Positions 1-12,419 of a DNA stretch of 64,000 bases are shown here, piece after piece; position 1 is the first letter of the stretch, and each line of letters begins with the position of its first letter. The notes beneath the pieces are model-generated. The model saw only the letters and a list, made by a program, of their open reading frames with translations, did not search any database and was not told the DNA's origin. Source of the DNA: Octopus sinensis (taxonomy: Eukaryota); assembly GCF_006345805.1 (NCBI RefSeq), contig NC_043007.1, forward strand, positions 1,984,001 to 2,048,000, given 5' to 3'. Made by a program: the position numbers and the translations under genes.

Positions 1-55
1 GTTACGAAGAGTGAATAAGCTGGCAAAAGAAAGACACCATTGAAAGGACACGTAC

Positions 56-420
56 TCTTTTCTGTACTCTTTTTACTCTTTTACTTGTTTCAGTCATTTG
101 ACTGCAGCCATGCTGGAGCACTGCCTTTAGTCGAGCAAATCTACCCCAGGACTTATTCTTTTGCCGAACCGCTAAGTTACAGGGACGTAAACACACCAGG
201 TTCGGTTGTCAAGCGATGGTAGGAGGACAAACACAGACACACAAACACACACAGATATATATACATATTACATATATACGACAGGCTTCTTTCAGTTTCC
301 GTCTACCAAATCCACTCACAAGGCTTTGGTCGGCCCGGGGCTATAGTAGAAGACACTTGCCCAAGGTGCCATGTGGTTCATGAGCAAGCTACTTACCACA
401 CAGCCCCTCCTGCGCCTATA
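56..420 (-). mobile_element. tRNA-derived SINE family A (octopus-type), internally deleted copy
   Basis: Reverse complement of the recurring unit GGAGTGGCTGTGTGGTAAG...microsatellite...GAAACAAGTAAAAGAG also at 3190, 5172, 19858 and 50775. Confidence 0.85.
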
Positions 421-453
421 TACCGGAAGAGTTATATAAGATTAATAGATTAA

Positions 454-651
454 CCTCTTTGTTGCCATTGTTTATGCTAAAATGCACCACATTTGTTTCA
501 GTTCGTTTGAAGAATAATGAAAGATTTAGAAAAATAACTTTGTTCTTATTAATTTTGAAACATGCTTGAAACATAAGTTAGTGTAAAATTTTGATGTTAA
601 GTTTGGAATATAGAATCGGAGGTGGTCTAAGGCAGAGTGATACCAAAAGGG
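454..651. mobile_element. piggyBac-type MITE, diverged relative of the main MITE family
   Basis: TTAA at 450-453 and 652-655; imperfect TIRs CCTCTTTG / CAAAAGGG. Confidence 0.65.
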
Positions 652-2732
652 TTAAATATCCTGGTACTTTTCTAGAAAGGGATGTATGTTTGGAAACTGA
701 ATTTAATGAAAGATTTAAGGCAAATCAAGCCATAGAAATCTTTTTCAGATGTTTAGAAATCCCATTGATTGTCATTTCATTTGAAAACTAAACTGTATGT
801 GTCACTTCTTAAATGCATTTTAATCTATGGATGGCAATCATTGTAAGCTAGAAAACTTTAGCTAATTGTTTTAAAATCTATAAAAATACAACACTCTATA
901 GAATCTTTGGAAGTCAGTTCCATGATTTTGTGAAAAAGAAAGTGGTTTGAAACTAATGGTAAGTACCGTGTATCGATGAAAAATAATGAAGAGCAGATGA
1001 CAATGGTACTTCAGTGTCAGGCTGGAGCTTTGCTAAAACACCAAGCATTAAAATGGACAGTTCCAGATACAAAAAGAGGAAGAGCTGTGCCTTGGTTAAT
1101 ACACAATCTAGAGAGGAACTGGTGATCTTGGCTAAGCAGAGGTCAAAACTGAAGTGGAGAATAAAGAAGGCTGATCAGAATTCGGGTTGAGTCTTTGTGT
1201 CAAGTGGAGCAGGCATTAACAGTAATACTAAAAGCCACTTTGCTTTGTTCAGTATCTTTTGTAGGAATGTCATACAGTTTGAAGGTTTTTCTACCATTGA
1301 AGTTTTATAAAAAAGATCTTGATAAGCTATTATAGCCATCATTTATGATTGAAGCTGATTCGATAACACATTAGTCAGGGCCATTTTAGTAGCATTATAT
1401 GTTTGTGGCTAAATCAATACAATGGGTCCTACAGGATTTACTTATTGACAGCAAGTCACAGCATAGCTGAGAATAGGGTCCGAAGACCCATGGTGCCACT
1501 AGACCTGTGGTGCCCCTGGGCAACTGCTTAGTGTTTCCTTGCCTTAAAATAACACTGATGTTAATTGCTTTGGCTAATTATTATAGTTGTTTATATAGTT
1601 ACAAGCAGACATCTCAGCCCTCTCACTCCTGATCCTGAAGAATAGTTAGGGTGTCACAACTGGAAGGAAAGGGAGCCTGCTCTAGCACTGGGTTCCCACT
1701 CATTTCAGGTGAGCAGAATGGAGCAGCACATTCTTACTTAAGGGTGCCACTCAGTCCAGAAATCAAACCTAAAACTCTGTGATGATGGGCCCAACATTTG
1801 AACCATCATCAGTAAGTAAGGAATACCTTTTCAACTGCATTTGTGCTTTCTTTGAAATCTCTCAGCTAGAATTTATTCTCTATTTTTGAAACGTTTCCAA
1901 AGTCTTCCCTACTTTTTAATATTTTTTACAAGGAATGAATTCCACTAAACTATAAGCTGTCAAAATTCTTAACCCTAGTGTTTAGATTTATAAGGCTTCA
2001 ATTTTATTTCGGTTGTCAGTGTCCGAAATGTTTTTGTTTAGAACTTCTGGCTAGAGAAAGAATCGAACATATGCCTGTTGGCCAGATGGTTGTCTTTGAT
2101 ATTTCATGAAAGAAAAACTTTGCATCTTGCCAGATATATTTATCTCTGTTTAGGGAAGGATTACAACTGTCAATCAAGATAAAAGCACCATAGCAATGTG
2201 TTAATCTTGCGGAGTTCAAAAGTCACATGCGTAAATAAACCCAAAAATAAACAGTGTTCCCTTCCAGTGAAAGAATATAAATAACTGACATGGAAAGTAA
2301 ATCAAAATGAACATTCAGTTTTTATTGTATCATTTCTACCTCAGCTTCTTCAGAATTTGTTTCTAACGAATGTTTCTAATTTTATACCTGACAAACTTTG
2401 TCAGTATATTATGAGTATGTTTTCAAAGACAGCAAGATATACTTACTGTTTGTTCATCTGCAGACCATCCTTAAAATTTTGCTAAAAGTATTTGCAGATT
2501 ATAAATAATGGCTTTACTTTATGTCAACCATTTAACATATATTATTGATTATTTCTAAATTCTGTAGAAAATCTAAATCTTAAAGTTCACAAGACAAACT
2601 GGTCGGTGATCACTCTATCACCTTTAAATAATGTCCAACTTGCAAGCAGACGCTGCATCTATCGGTTATTAAACTCGTCAACCTACAGATATATATGTAT
2701 GCCTCGGTCTTTGGAAATACGATGGTCTGTCT

Positions 2733-2734
<2 letters not shown>

Positions 2735-2801
<67 letters not shown>
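2735..2801. repeat. (CT)n microsatellite
   Basis: Uninterrupted CT run; source of the SL/RE-repeat ORFs. Confidence 0.95.
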
Positions 2802-2806
<5 letters not shown>

Positions 2807-3189
2807 GACCCTGCCAAACTGCCAACCTTCTCATCTTTGCTTTCAGTATTTTTCAAGTATTTTATCACCTCAAGTCACTCTTCTCTCTTTAATCTTCGCT
2901 GCCAGTGCAGTTTCCATTGATCAGGATCTCTCTAAGATAAGCTGTCCCACATTAGATGCCACTGAGAATTTCTATGAAACGTTGGTATTTCCATTGGTAC
3001 CAATGTTTTTTTACTTGTATTTTGTGTGAAGAAGAACACCCAGAAATATTGTCTGTTAACATGTATTTATGTATGTATATACATACATATAGGCATGAGT
3101 GTGCACAAACATAGATGTACACACACATATTCACACACATTTATGCTACATGATCTTTGAGTATATTCATGTGTATATGCATGTTGCAT

Positions 3190-3567
3190 ACTCTTTCAGT
3201 CATTTGACTGTGGCCATGCTGGAGCACCACCTTTAGTCGAGCAAATCAACCCCAGGACTTATTCTTTGGGAGCCTTATTCTATCGGTCACTTTGGCTGAA
3301 CCGCTAAGTTATGGGGACGTAAGCACACCAGCATCGGTTGTCAAGCGATGTTGTGGGGACAAACACAGACACACAAACATACACATATATATGTATACAT
3401 ATACATATATATGACAGGCTTCTTTCAGTTTCCGTACACCAAATCCACTCACAAGGCTTTGGTCGTCCCGAGGCCATAGTAGAAGACACTTGCCATGCAG
3501 TGGGACTTGAACCTGGAACCATGTGGTTGGTAAGCAATCTACCTACCACACAGCCACTCCTGTGCCT
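3190..3567 (-). mobile_element. SINE family A, near full length
   Basis: tRNA-like head on the minus strand (GGTTCCAGGTTCAAGTCCC), internal (CA/TA)n, shared 3' body. Confidence 0.9.
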
Positions 3568-3858
3568 ACATAAATCAGACCCAATCTATCTTACATACAT
3601 GCGTGCATGCACTCATACACACACACACACACTAGCAAGTGTCTGAGTGCATGTATGTTAAAGAATAAAACGTATGTACTCTACAAAGGTAATTCATTAG
3701 TTTAATGTAAATTTGTTTTTATAACTTCGCAATAAAAACAATCATTAATATACGTGTGTGTGTTCTTTTATATTATATTATAATATAATATAATAAACTG
3801 TTAGATTGTCCTTTGTATTTCTCTATTTAAATTATTTTTTGTAATTTATATAATATAT

Positions 3859-4110
3859 ATGTGCATGTGAGCTGGTAATAAATTCAAACCACAACAGAGA
3901 AGATGGCCTTGAAGTAGAAGATTTTAAACTATGAGTGATAACACTCGTATATCGCCTGAGGAAACACAACTAGATCTCATTATGCAAACAAACAGTTGCA
4001 TAATCAAGTACCTGTATTCTTGGACAACTACATTGCATCAAAACAATTGTAGCGAATAACAAATAAATGTCCAACCGTACTCCTTCTTGATTCTAATTCC
4101 TTCAATTATA
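3859..4110 (+). repeat. Direct duplicate of 7914-8170
   Basis: GTGCATGTGAGCTGGTAATAAATTC...CCAACCGTACTCCTTCTT is near-identical at both loci. Confidence 0.9.
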
Positions 4111-4246
4111 TATTCACACACAGCGAATGCCCAAATTTAAACTTGCAAGTATATAATAATATGCCCATAGTACTAGGTAATTCTGAAGGTGGACAACCTT
4201 TACACTGTACTCTACCACATTTCTAACAGAATAAAGCATAACCTCT

Positions 4247-4314
<68 letters not shown>

Positions 4315-4487
4315 ATTTATATTCATGTTTTTTAATAATTACTTGTGTCCTTATTTTATATGCATAGAAAATATGCTATTTGTATGTATGTTTATAATAA
4401 TTATCAGTTCAATAAAAAAATAAGTTAACATTTTTAATGTCCTAAAGTTGATGAACCAACTATTGTTCTCCTCCATTTTCTTATTTG

Positions 4488-4532
<45 letters not shown>

Positions 4533-4589
4533 CTATATAATATAGTACCATCCATTACTATACATAACAGCCTGACAAACGTGCTCTCA

Positions 4590-5171
4590 TAGTAATGGAT
4601 GGTACTGGCTGGCATTTAAATGTTCTTCTATTTGCCTGTATCTCTGATCTGCTCTTCATGGTTGGCTGCACATGTTAATTTCTAAAGCTGACCATTAGTA
4701 TTCAGTTGCCGGATACATACACACATACCCACACAGATACTCACACATACACTTTCACACACAAACCCATGTATGTATATGTCTTTATATACACATACAT
4801 GCACCCACATATACATATATACGCATACTTTCCCATACATATACGTATATACACATCCATAGTTATGCAACTATATATTTATAAATACACATAAACATAT
4901 TCATACATGTGCACACACATATATACTTACACCCATCTACTTATATACATATATCCTCTTGCATTTTGGGGTATATATATATATACATACCTACATACAT
5001 ACACATAGATAAGTAAGTAAACTCAGCACTTTGACTTGCACATACATTTAGTAAAGTGTGCCTGTATATACACACTCTTACTCACACATACACACACATA
5101 CACTCACACACGTATCTCTCTATTTAACTGTTTCTCAAATGATCACTCCCATAGATTGTAGATATACATAT
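4590..5171. repeat. Inverted duplication, arm A (partner 7031-7620 plus 7848-7873)
   Basis: Unique words such as GCCTGTATCTCTGATCTGCTCTTCATGGTTGGCTGCACATG, AAACTCAGCACTTTGA and GATCACTCCCAT recur reverse-complemented in 7031-7620. Confidence 0.9.
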
Positions 5172-5545
5172 GGAGTGGCTGTGTGGTAAGTAGCTTGCTT
5201 GCCAGCCACATGGTCCTAGGTTCAGTCCCACTGCATGGCACCATGGGCAAGTGTCTTCTGCTATAGCTTTGGGCTGACCAAAGCCTTGTGAGTGGATTTG
5301 GTTGATGGAAACTGAAAGAAGCCTGTTGTATATATGTGTGTGTGGTGTGTGTGTGTTTGTGTGTGACTTTAGTGTTTGTCCCCCCACTGTCGATGACAAC
5401 TGATGCTGGTGTGTTTACGTCCCTTCAATGTAGTGGTTCGGCAAAAGAGACCGATAGAATAAGTACTAGGCTTCTAAAGAATAAGTCCTGGGGTCGATTT
5501 TTTTGACTAATGGCTGCAGTCCAATGACTGAAACAAGTAAAAGAA
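5172..5545 (+). mobile_element. SINE family A
   Basis: GGAGTGGCTGTGTGGTAAG head, GGTTCAGTCCC B-box-like motif, tail GAAACAAGTAAAAGAA. Confidence 0.9.
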
Positions 5546-6007
5546 CACATACCTACACACACATATATAACCATATAAATATCTTTATATTTTCACCCAC
5601 ACATTCATGTTCATACATACGAATATAAACATATGCATACACACGCATATAAATATATATGTGCATATATATATACATGTACATTGATTTATGTACACCC
5701 ATAGTCTCCCTTTCACAGATACACACACACACACTTAGACATGCACACGCTTACACACACACATATATATATATATACATACCCATCCACATGCACACAT
5801 GCCTAGGCATAACTACACATATGTACACCTACACATAGGCACGTGGTGTCTCTATGTAATCTCTGTGGACCCAATACTGTCAAATAATATTATGAATAAT
5901 AATTAGTATTAATTAAGTAAATTCCCTGTTGGATTGTGATCGTGTTATTAATATGTATGGTTACGCATCCATATGTCTACAGTCCATGGAAGCATCGACT
6001 GTTTGTG

Positions 6008-6044
<37 letters not shown>

Positions 6045-6047
<3 letters not shown>

Positions 6048-6390
6048 TAGTTGAATGAATTATCCTAGTATGGATAATTCGGTTAACCGATACCCGGGTA
6101 GCAAATTTACGTCAGAAAGCACGGTTGAAGCTACATGCCAAGGGCAGAAATCACGTGCTTTCGTGTGGAAATTTGTGTGTTTTTTTACTATAGATAAATG
6201 AAAGAATGGAGTCGAACGACGATTTAACAAAATTCCTTTATTCTCGACATATGTTTCGAAGACTGCATATTCTTAATTCTGGGGGAATAAAGGGTGCATT
6301 ATGCTGCCTTCTCATCAGGAAAGACAAGGAACTTATGTCAGCATCATGACGAACAAAAACTTTTAGATGGCTGCCCACACGGGCATTTAT
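6045..6390 (-). mobile_element. Non-autonomous Penelope-like / retrozyme-like element carrying a hammerhead
   Basis: CpG-rich, hairpin-dense 345-bp island between (TA)n tracts; contains the HHR at 6232-6332. Confidence 0.6.
6232..6332 (-). ncRNA. Type I hammerhead ribozyme with intact core
   Basis: Minus strand: CUGAUGA (6318-6312); stem II GAAGGC/GUCUUC with further pairing; GAAA (6257-6254); palindromic stem III ACAUAUGU; GUC triplet; stem I of 4 bp, 3x3 internal loop and 7 bp; predicted cut between 6246 and 6245. Confidence 0.88.
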
Positions 6391-6701
6391 CTATCTATAT
6401 ATATATATATAGATATATATATTATATATATATATATATGTGTGGGTGTGTTTGTGTGTGTGTCTGTGTGTGTATTTGTATTTATGCATGTAAATATATG
6501 TATGTATATCCATATGAGTGTATATGTAGGTATATATTTGTGTACATATGTGTATTTATGTCTACACGTATGTGCATGTGTATGGATATGAATATCTATA
6601 TGTGTGTGTGCATGTCTATATATGTATGTGTATATTTGTATGAATTTATTATAGTCTATGTGTAAGTGTATGTATGCTTGGATGTGTATGAGTATATGTG
6701 T

Positions 6702-6740
<39 letters not shown>

Positions 6741-6794
6741 GGTATGTGTGAATATGTATATGTTTTTATATGTATGTATGGATATGTGTGTATA

Positions 6795-6990
6795 TATATA
6801 GATCGTTAGCTCCCACACACATTTCTTTTCTCTCCTTGTTTCTTTTCTGTGTATCTTTCTGTTGAAGAGCGTAGGCTCGAAATGTAAAAGACTTGTTTTA
6901 TTTCTATTCCTGAGCGCTATACTAATACATTTATTTGTTTGTACTCCACCTGCCTTCGTCTTTTGTTTATTTTCGTAAACTTTCCCGTTA
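6795..6990 (+). mobile_element. PLE-like repeat with a minimal hammerhead variant (second copy 53645-53830)
   Basis: Homologous to 53645-53830 on the minus strand; flanked by (TA)n. Confidence 0.65.
6854..6891 (+). ncRNA. Minimal hammerhead-like motif, A6U variant core
   Basis: UCUUU-CUGUUGA-A-GAGC(GUAG)GCUC-GAAA-UGUA-AAAGA; 5-bp stem I, 4-bp stem II. Confidence 0.6.
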
Positions 6991-7028
<38 letters not shown>

Positions 7029-7334
7029 CATATATGTATATCTACATCCATGGGAGTGATCGTGTAAGTGACAGCACATAAGGTCAGAGTTAAGTAGAGA
7101 GATATGTCTATATGTTTTTGTGTGTGTATGTGTGAATAGGTAAGAGTGTGTATATACACACGTGGATCACTAAATGTATCTGCAATCAAAGTGCTGAGTT
7201 TACTTACTTACCTATATGTATGTATGTAGGTATGTATATATACCTGAAAATTTGAGAGGATATATGTATATAAGTACATAGGTGTATATGTCGATCGGTG
7301 TATGTATATATGTGCACACAGGTATGTATATGTG

Positions 7335-7369
<35 letters not shown>

Positions 7370-7623
7370 GTTTAAATATGGATGTGTATATATGCATATG
7401 TACGGGAACGTATGTGTATGTATATATGTATATGTGGGTGCATGTATGTGTATATAAGGCATATATACATGGGTTTGTGTGTGAAAGTGTATGTGTGAGT
7501 ATCTGTGTGGGTATGTGTGTATGTATCCAACAACTGAAAACTAATGGTCAGCTTTAGAAATTAACATGTGCAGCCAACCATGAAGAGCAGATCAGAGATA
7601 CAGGCAAATCAAAGAACATTTAA

Positions 7624-7843
7624 CCCTTTCATTACCAACCCAGCTGAAACCGGCTCTGGCTCTCAGTACAAATATCTTGTTTTCAAAAATTCTGAATTAA
7701 AATCTTCCACCAAACCTTAGTCACAATTTATGTTTCTAACACTAGCTGAATGATAACTAAGTTATTTTACTATATTCTTTGTTATATTTAAAGTAATTGA
7801 AAGAAACAGAGAGCATCTCAACAGAAATACAGTAATGAAAGGG
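7624..7843. mobile_element. piggyBac-type MITE, main family
   Basis: Perfect 12-bp TIR CCCTTTCATTAC/GTAATGAAAGGG; TTAA at 7620-7623 and 7844-7847; the paralogous site at 4616-4619 is empty. Confidence 0.92.
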
Positions 7844-8171
7844 TTAAATGCCAGCCAGTACCATCCATTACTATACATAACAGCCTGACAAACGTGCTCT
7901 CATGGCACGCACCATGTGCATGTGAGCTGGTAATAAATTCAAACCACAACAGAGAAGATGGCCTTGAAGTAGAAGATTTTAAACTATGAGTGATAACACT
8001 CGTATATCGCCTGAGGAAACACAACTAGATCTCATTATGCAAACAAAGAGTTGCATAATCAAGTACCTGTATTCTTGGACAACTACATTGCATCAAAACA
8101 ATTGTAGCGAATAACAAATAAATGTCCAACCGTACTCCTTCTTCCTGATTCAAATTTCTTCAACTTTATAA

Positions 8172-8915
8172 TGTATATATGTGGACAACAACATAAGCTG
8201 GGCCACTCATATAAACACCAAAGTTGACATGGCCCGCAGAATGTGTTCCTGGATTCTCAGAACTTTCCAGTCGAGAGATATCCACACCATTATCCTTCTC
8301 TTCTCCACTTTTGCCCGACCCCACCTTGAATACTGTTGTCCACTGTGGTCTCCCCACACAATACAAGGTATCATAAAAGTTGAAGCACCTCAAAGGGCAA
8401 TCACAAAAAAGATAGATGGCATGACAGGCCTCGACTATTGGGGTCGACTAGAAAAGCTAAAACTTTATTCTCTCCGTCGTCGTGAGCGCTACATCATCTG
8501 CATGATGTGGAAAATATTCCATCAGCATTGCCCAAATGATGTTGGCATCACCTTTAAGGTACATCCAAGGCTTGGGCCCCGTGCCATCCGCCCAAAACAA
8601 AAATCGCACTCTCATCTCATAACAACAATACGGCACAATTATTTCACCTCAATTGGCCCCGCTCTCTTTAACATCACACCAAAACATTAAAACAGAAACT
8701 GACCCTATAGGGTTCAAGAAGTCTTTGGACAGATTCCTTCAAGAAATCCCGAATAAACCCCCTACACCCGGATATGTCTCTGTAAACAATAACTCTCTAC
8801 TTGAGTGGGCCATAGTGCCCAAATTCTGACTTGAAAGACTTCACCAGGTGGTGCTATTAAGTTAGACATGGCCTGGGCCAATAATGGCCGAAACCTATCA
8901 AAGTATCAAAGTATA
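8172..8915 (+). mobile_element. 5'-truncated CR1/L2-group LINE (RT C-terminus and 3' UTR)
   Basis: ORF 8181-8690 has RPHLEYCCPLWSP, QRAITK and RLEKLKLYSLRRRER motifs; 3' stem-loop and (ATCAAAGT)n-like tail. Confidence 0.9.
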
Positions 8916-9074
8916 TATATGTGTGTGTGTATATACATATATATATATATACATACATACATATATATGTCTGTATATATATACATATATCTATATGTAT
9001 ATATATATATATGTGTGTGTGTGTATATATATATATATACACGTATATATACATATTATATATGTATATATATA

Positions 9075-9108
<34 letters not shown>

Positions 9109-9304
9109 CGTATCTATACATATATATATATATATATATATGTATATATGTGTGTGTGTATATATATATATGTGTGTGTGTATATACTTATGTACATATG
9201 TATATATATGTGTATATATGTATATGATATATACACATACATGTATATATATATACATACACATTGTATGGTATCCAAACTGATGTGATATATTGTTGTT
9301 TCTT

Positions 9305-9600
9305 AGGCATCTATGAAGGCTTAACTTACCTTTCCTACCTCTTTTGCTAGCCTGACCCTTTCTTTCTCTTCATCTTTTTCATCTATGTTTATCTCAATAA
9401 ACATAAGTATCCATAGTTTTCCACTCGTGCTATTTCATTCTCCCTCACCGTAACAACTTTTTGCTCTATTCTCACCATTTATCAGGATTTTTTCTTTGTT
9501 CTTTCAATTTGTTAACTTCATTTGACATTTCAAATCTGAAGTGGACCTTCAAAAAGTCTCTCACCTCTTTTATTCTTTCCTTCACATCAAAAGCATAGAA
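9305..9600 (-). pseudogene. Highly degenerate LINE reverse transcriptase fragment
   Basis: Frameshifted KILING...EIARVENYGYL...ERVRLA resembles the RT domain-7/thumb region. Confidence 0.4.
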
Positions 9601-9620
9601 GGAATGTTTTTACAAATCTG

Positions 9621-9661
<41 letters not shown>

Positions 9662-9686
9662 ACTCCAGCTTTATATGTGTATGTAT

Positions 9687-10295
9687 ATATCATCATCATC
9701 ATCATTGTTTAACGTCCGCTTTCCATGCTAGCATGAGTTGGATGGTTCAACTGGGGTCTGGGGAGCTCGAAGGCTGCACCAGGCCAGTCAGATCTGGCGG
9801 TGTTTCTACAGCTGGGTGCCCTTCCTAATATATATATATATGTATACATATATAAGCGGACGTTAAACAATGATGATGATGATGATACACATACATACGC
9901 ATACATACCTAAACATATACAAATACACACACACACATATATTTATACATGTGTGTGTTAGTGTTAGGAAGAGCATCCAGCCATAGAAATCATACCAAAT
10001 CAGACTGGAGTCTGGTGGAGCCTCTCAGCTTCCCAAAGCATCCAACCCATGCCAGCAAGGACAAATGGGCACTAAATCATGATGATGACAATGATGATGA
10101 CATACATATATACTCACTGTGCCGGTGGAACAAAATGCTCCCACTACACTCTCGGAATGGTTGGCATTAGGAAGGGCATCCAAGTGTACAAACCTTGCCA
10201 GAGAGATTAGAGCCTGGTGCATCCTCCTGGCTTGCCAGTCCTCAGTCAAACTGTCCAACCCATGCCAGCATGGAAAGCAGACGTTAAACGACGAT
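9687..10295. mobile_element. Cluster of RTE-clade LINE 3'-end fragments in both orientations
   Basis: Shared terminus CCATGCTAGCATGGAAAGCGGACGTTAAACGATGATG; 35-bp inverted arms at 9687-9720 and 9853-9886. Confidence 0.75.
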
Positions 10296-10335
10296 GACGA
10301 TAATGATGATATATGCATGTATACATACATGCATG

Positions 10336-10366
<31 letters not shown>

Positions 10367-10375
10367 GTCTGTGTG

Positions 10376-10435
<60 letters not shown>

Positions 10436-11784
10436 ATGTATATAATGTACACACATACACACACTCACACGTTATTTGGAAACAACAATTTGTAAGTTCA
10501 TTATTTGTTAGAAAAGTTTTAGTGACTGAGGAGTGGGTCAAAAGCAGAATAAATCTGTTAATCTGTTAGGATTACCAAGCAAGTTTATACTTTGACTTGC
10601 AATAAACATTAAATTACTTCTGTGTAATTTTGTTTTATTGCTATGTTGAACTGTAGTTCATGTCACTAGATTTGATGGTTGGCCAGATCAATCTTTTATG
10701 ATGAATGTATACATTACATTTTGCGCAATGTGCTCATCATCATCGTTGACATCATTGAGTGTTCATGTTTGCTGCTGGCATTGGTTTGACCCTGAAAGGG
10801 ACAGTAAAAGGGCCAATGGATTCTTTTGGCAGTCTTCATCAACATTCTTTTACTTGTGAAATAAACAAACTAATATTAGGGACCCAAGTAAATTTAGTAG
10901 GCATCATCACCACCACCATCATCATCATCATCATTGTTTTAACATCTGCTTTTTCATGCTTGCATGGGTTGGACAGAGTTTATTGAGGCAGGTTTTCTGT
11001 GGCCGGATGACCTTCTTGTCACTATCCCTCACTTGTTTCCAGACAAAGTATTATTTCCCCAATGTGCAGACTCGTTCTCACAGAACATTATAAACGAATG
11101 ACATCATTTACGTGTCAATTACTTATTCACAACTCCCAGGTGCCACAAATGTATACACACTCACACACATAAATATTTACACACAAACGCATACACATAG
11201 TGAATGGGCTTCTCTTAGTTTCCCTCTACCAAATCCCGTCAGAAGGCTTTGGCTGGGTTGAGGCTGCAGTAGAAGGTACTTGCCCAAGGTGCCATGGAAT
11301 AGGATTGAACCAGAAACCATATGGTTGGGAAGCAAACTTCTTAACCACACATCCTGCATCTCTTCCACATCTGCACCTCCTCTCCACCTACACCATTTGC
11401 ATATTTAGCTCTTCTTTTGGCAGCAAAACCAGACATGAAGTTACTGATGCCTAAAGGTGTTTTGGTTTATTACTGCAATGTTCTATAAATCATGTCAATA
11501 TATTTGGCAGTCAAAAGTGTGTTTTGTGATAAATGCCAACGTTGTATCTTTGCAATATTCTTGTGGACAGTAAAAGCAGAACACCTGTATACCCATTTCA
11601 GATCCAGTTGGAGTCATCAACATCTGTGTACCACCTTCAATATTCCATGAACAGATTGCTTATAAACCCACTATTATTAGGGGCCGGTTGTTGATATGTT
11701 CACCCAACCATTATCTGTTCTGCTGTCTTTGAGCATATTACTTTAACATAACGCTTACATTCATCATAAAACACAGTGTCGGCT

Positions 11785-12085
11785 TAGAAAATTACTATTT
11801 TAAAATCTCACAATGAGAGATATTCTGCAACAGTACTTTGTAGTAAAGATTGTTTGCCAACATAACTTGGCAGTCCTGGTTTAGGATGAATGTTGCTGTA
11901 ATTTAGCCCCAGGAGACATCGTCTCCAGCTGGCTTGATCTGTATCCCTTGTTCAAAAATATAAGGACACAGATCATGTCGCATAGCCAGCTGGAGACGAT
12001 GTCTCCTGGGACTAAATTACAGCAACATTCATCCTAAACCAGGACTGCCATGTTATGTTGGCAAACAATCTTTACTCTACAGTGT
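11785..12085. mobile_element. Fold-back element, family FB copy 1
   Basis: Arms of about 93 bp at 11842-11934 and 11984-12076; exact 22-bp flanking repeat ATCATAAAACACAGTGTCGGCT at 11763-11784 and 12091-12112. Confidence 0.85.
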
Positions 12086-12419
12086 TGGCTATCATAAAAC
12101 ACAGTGTCGGCTATCATAAAACAAAGTGTTGGCTATCAAATCTATAGTTAAAATAGCCAATATCATATATCAATAACCATTGTACAGAATATAATTGCTA
12201 ATAACTGTCTTATTGAATATACCTATATCTTCTGTAATGTTATAGAACATATGTTTGATAATGTAGTACACACATGGAAATAGTGTTTAGTATAGAAATA
12301 CCTATTTTATAGAATATAATGGCTAACATCTGTCTTATCTTTTATTCTTTACATGATTCTGTCATGCTGGAGCATCACCTTCAAGGGATTTAATCCAATG
12401 AGATTGCCCCCCAGGACTC

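Noticed and set aside
8866-8900. GGCC-AATAAT-GGCC-GAAAC as a hammerhead
   Set aside because: No CUGANGA upstream; better explained as the LINE 3' stem-loop
8857-9288. Long YI/IY/CV-rich ORFs here and at many other sites (e.g. 17 kb, 34 kb, 38.6 kb, 54.7 kb)
   Set aside because: Translations of (TA)n/(CA)n/(TG)n microsatellites
11400-11740. Minus frame that is open if TGA is read as Trp (possible NUMT)
   Set aside because: No resemblance to any mitochondrial protein
12079-12137. Short direct repeats as a CRISPR array
   Set aside because: Eukaryotic context, adjacent repeats without unique spacers, no cas genes
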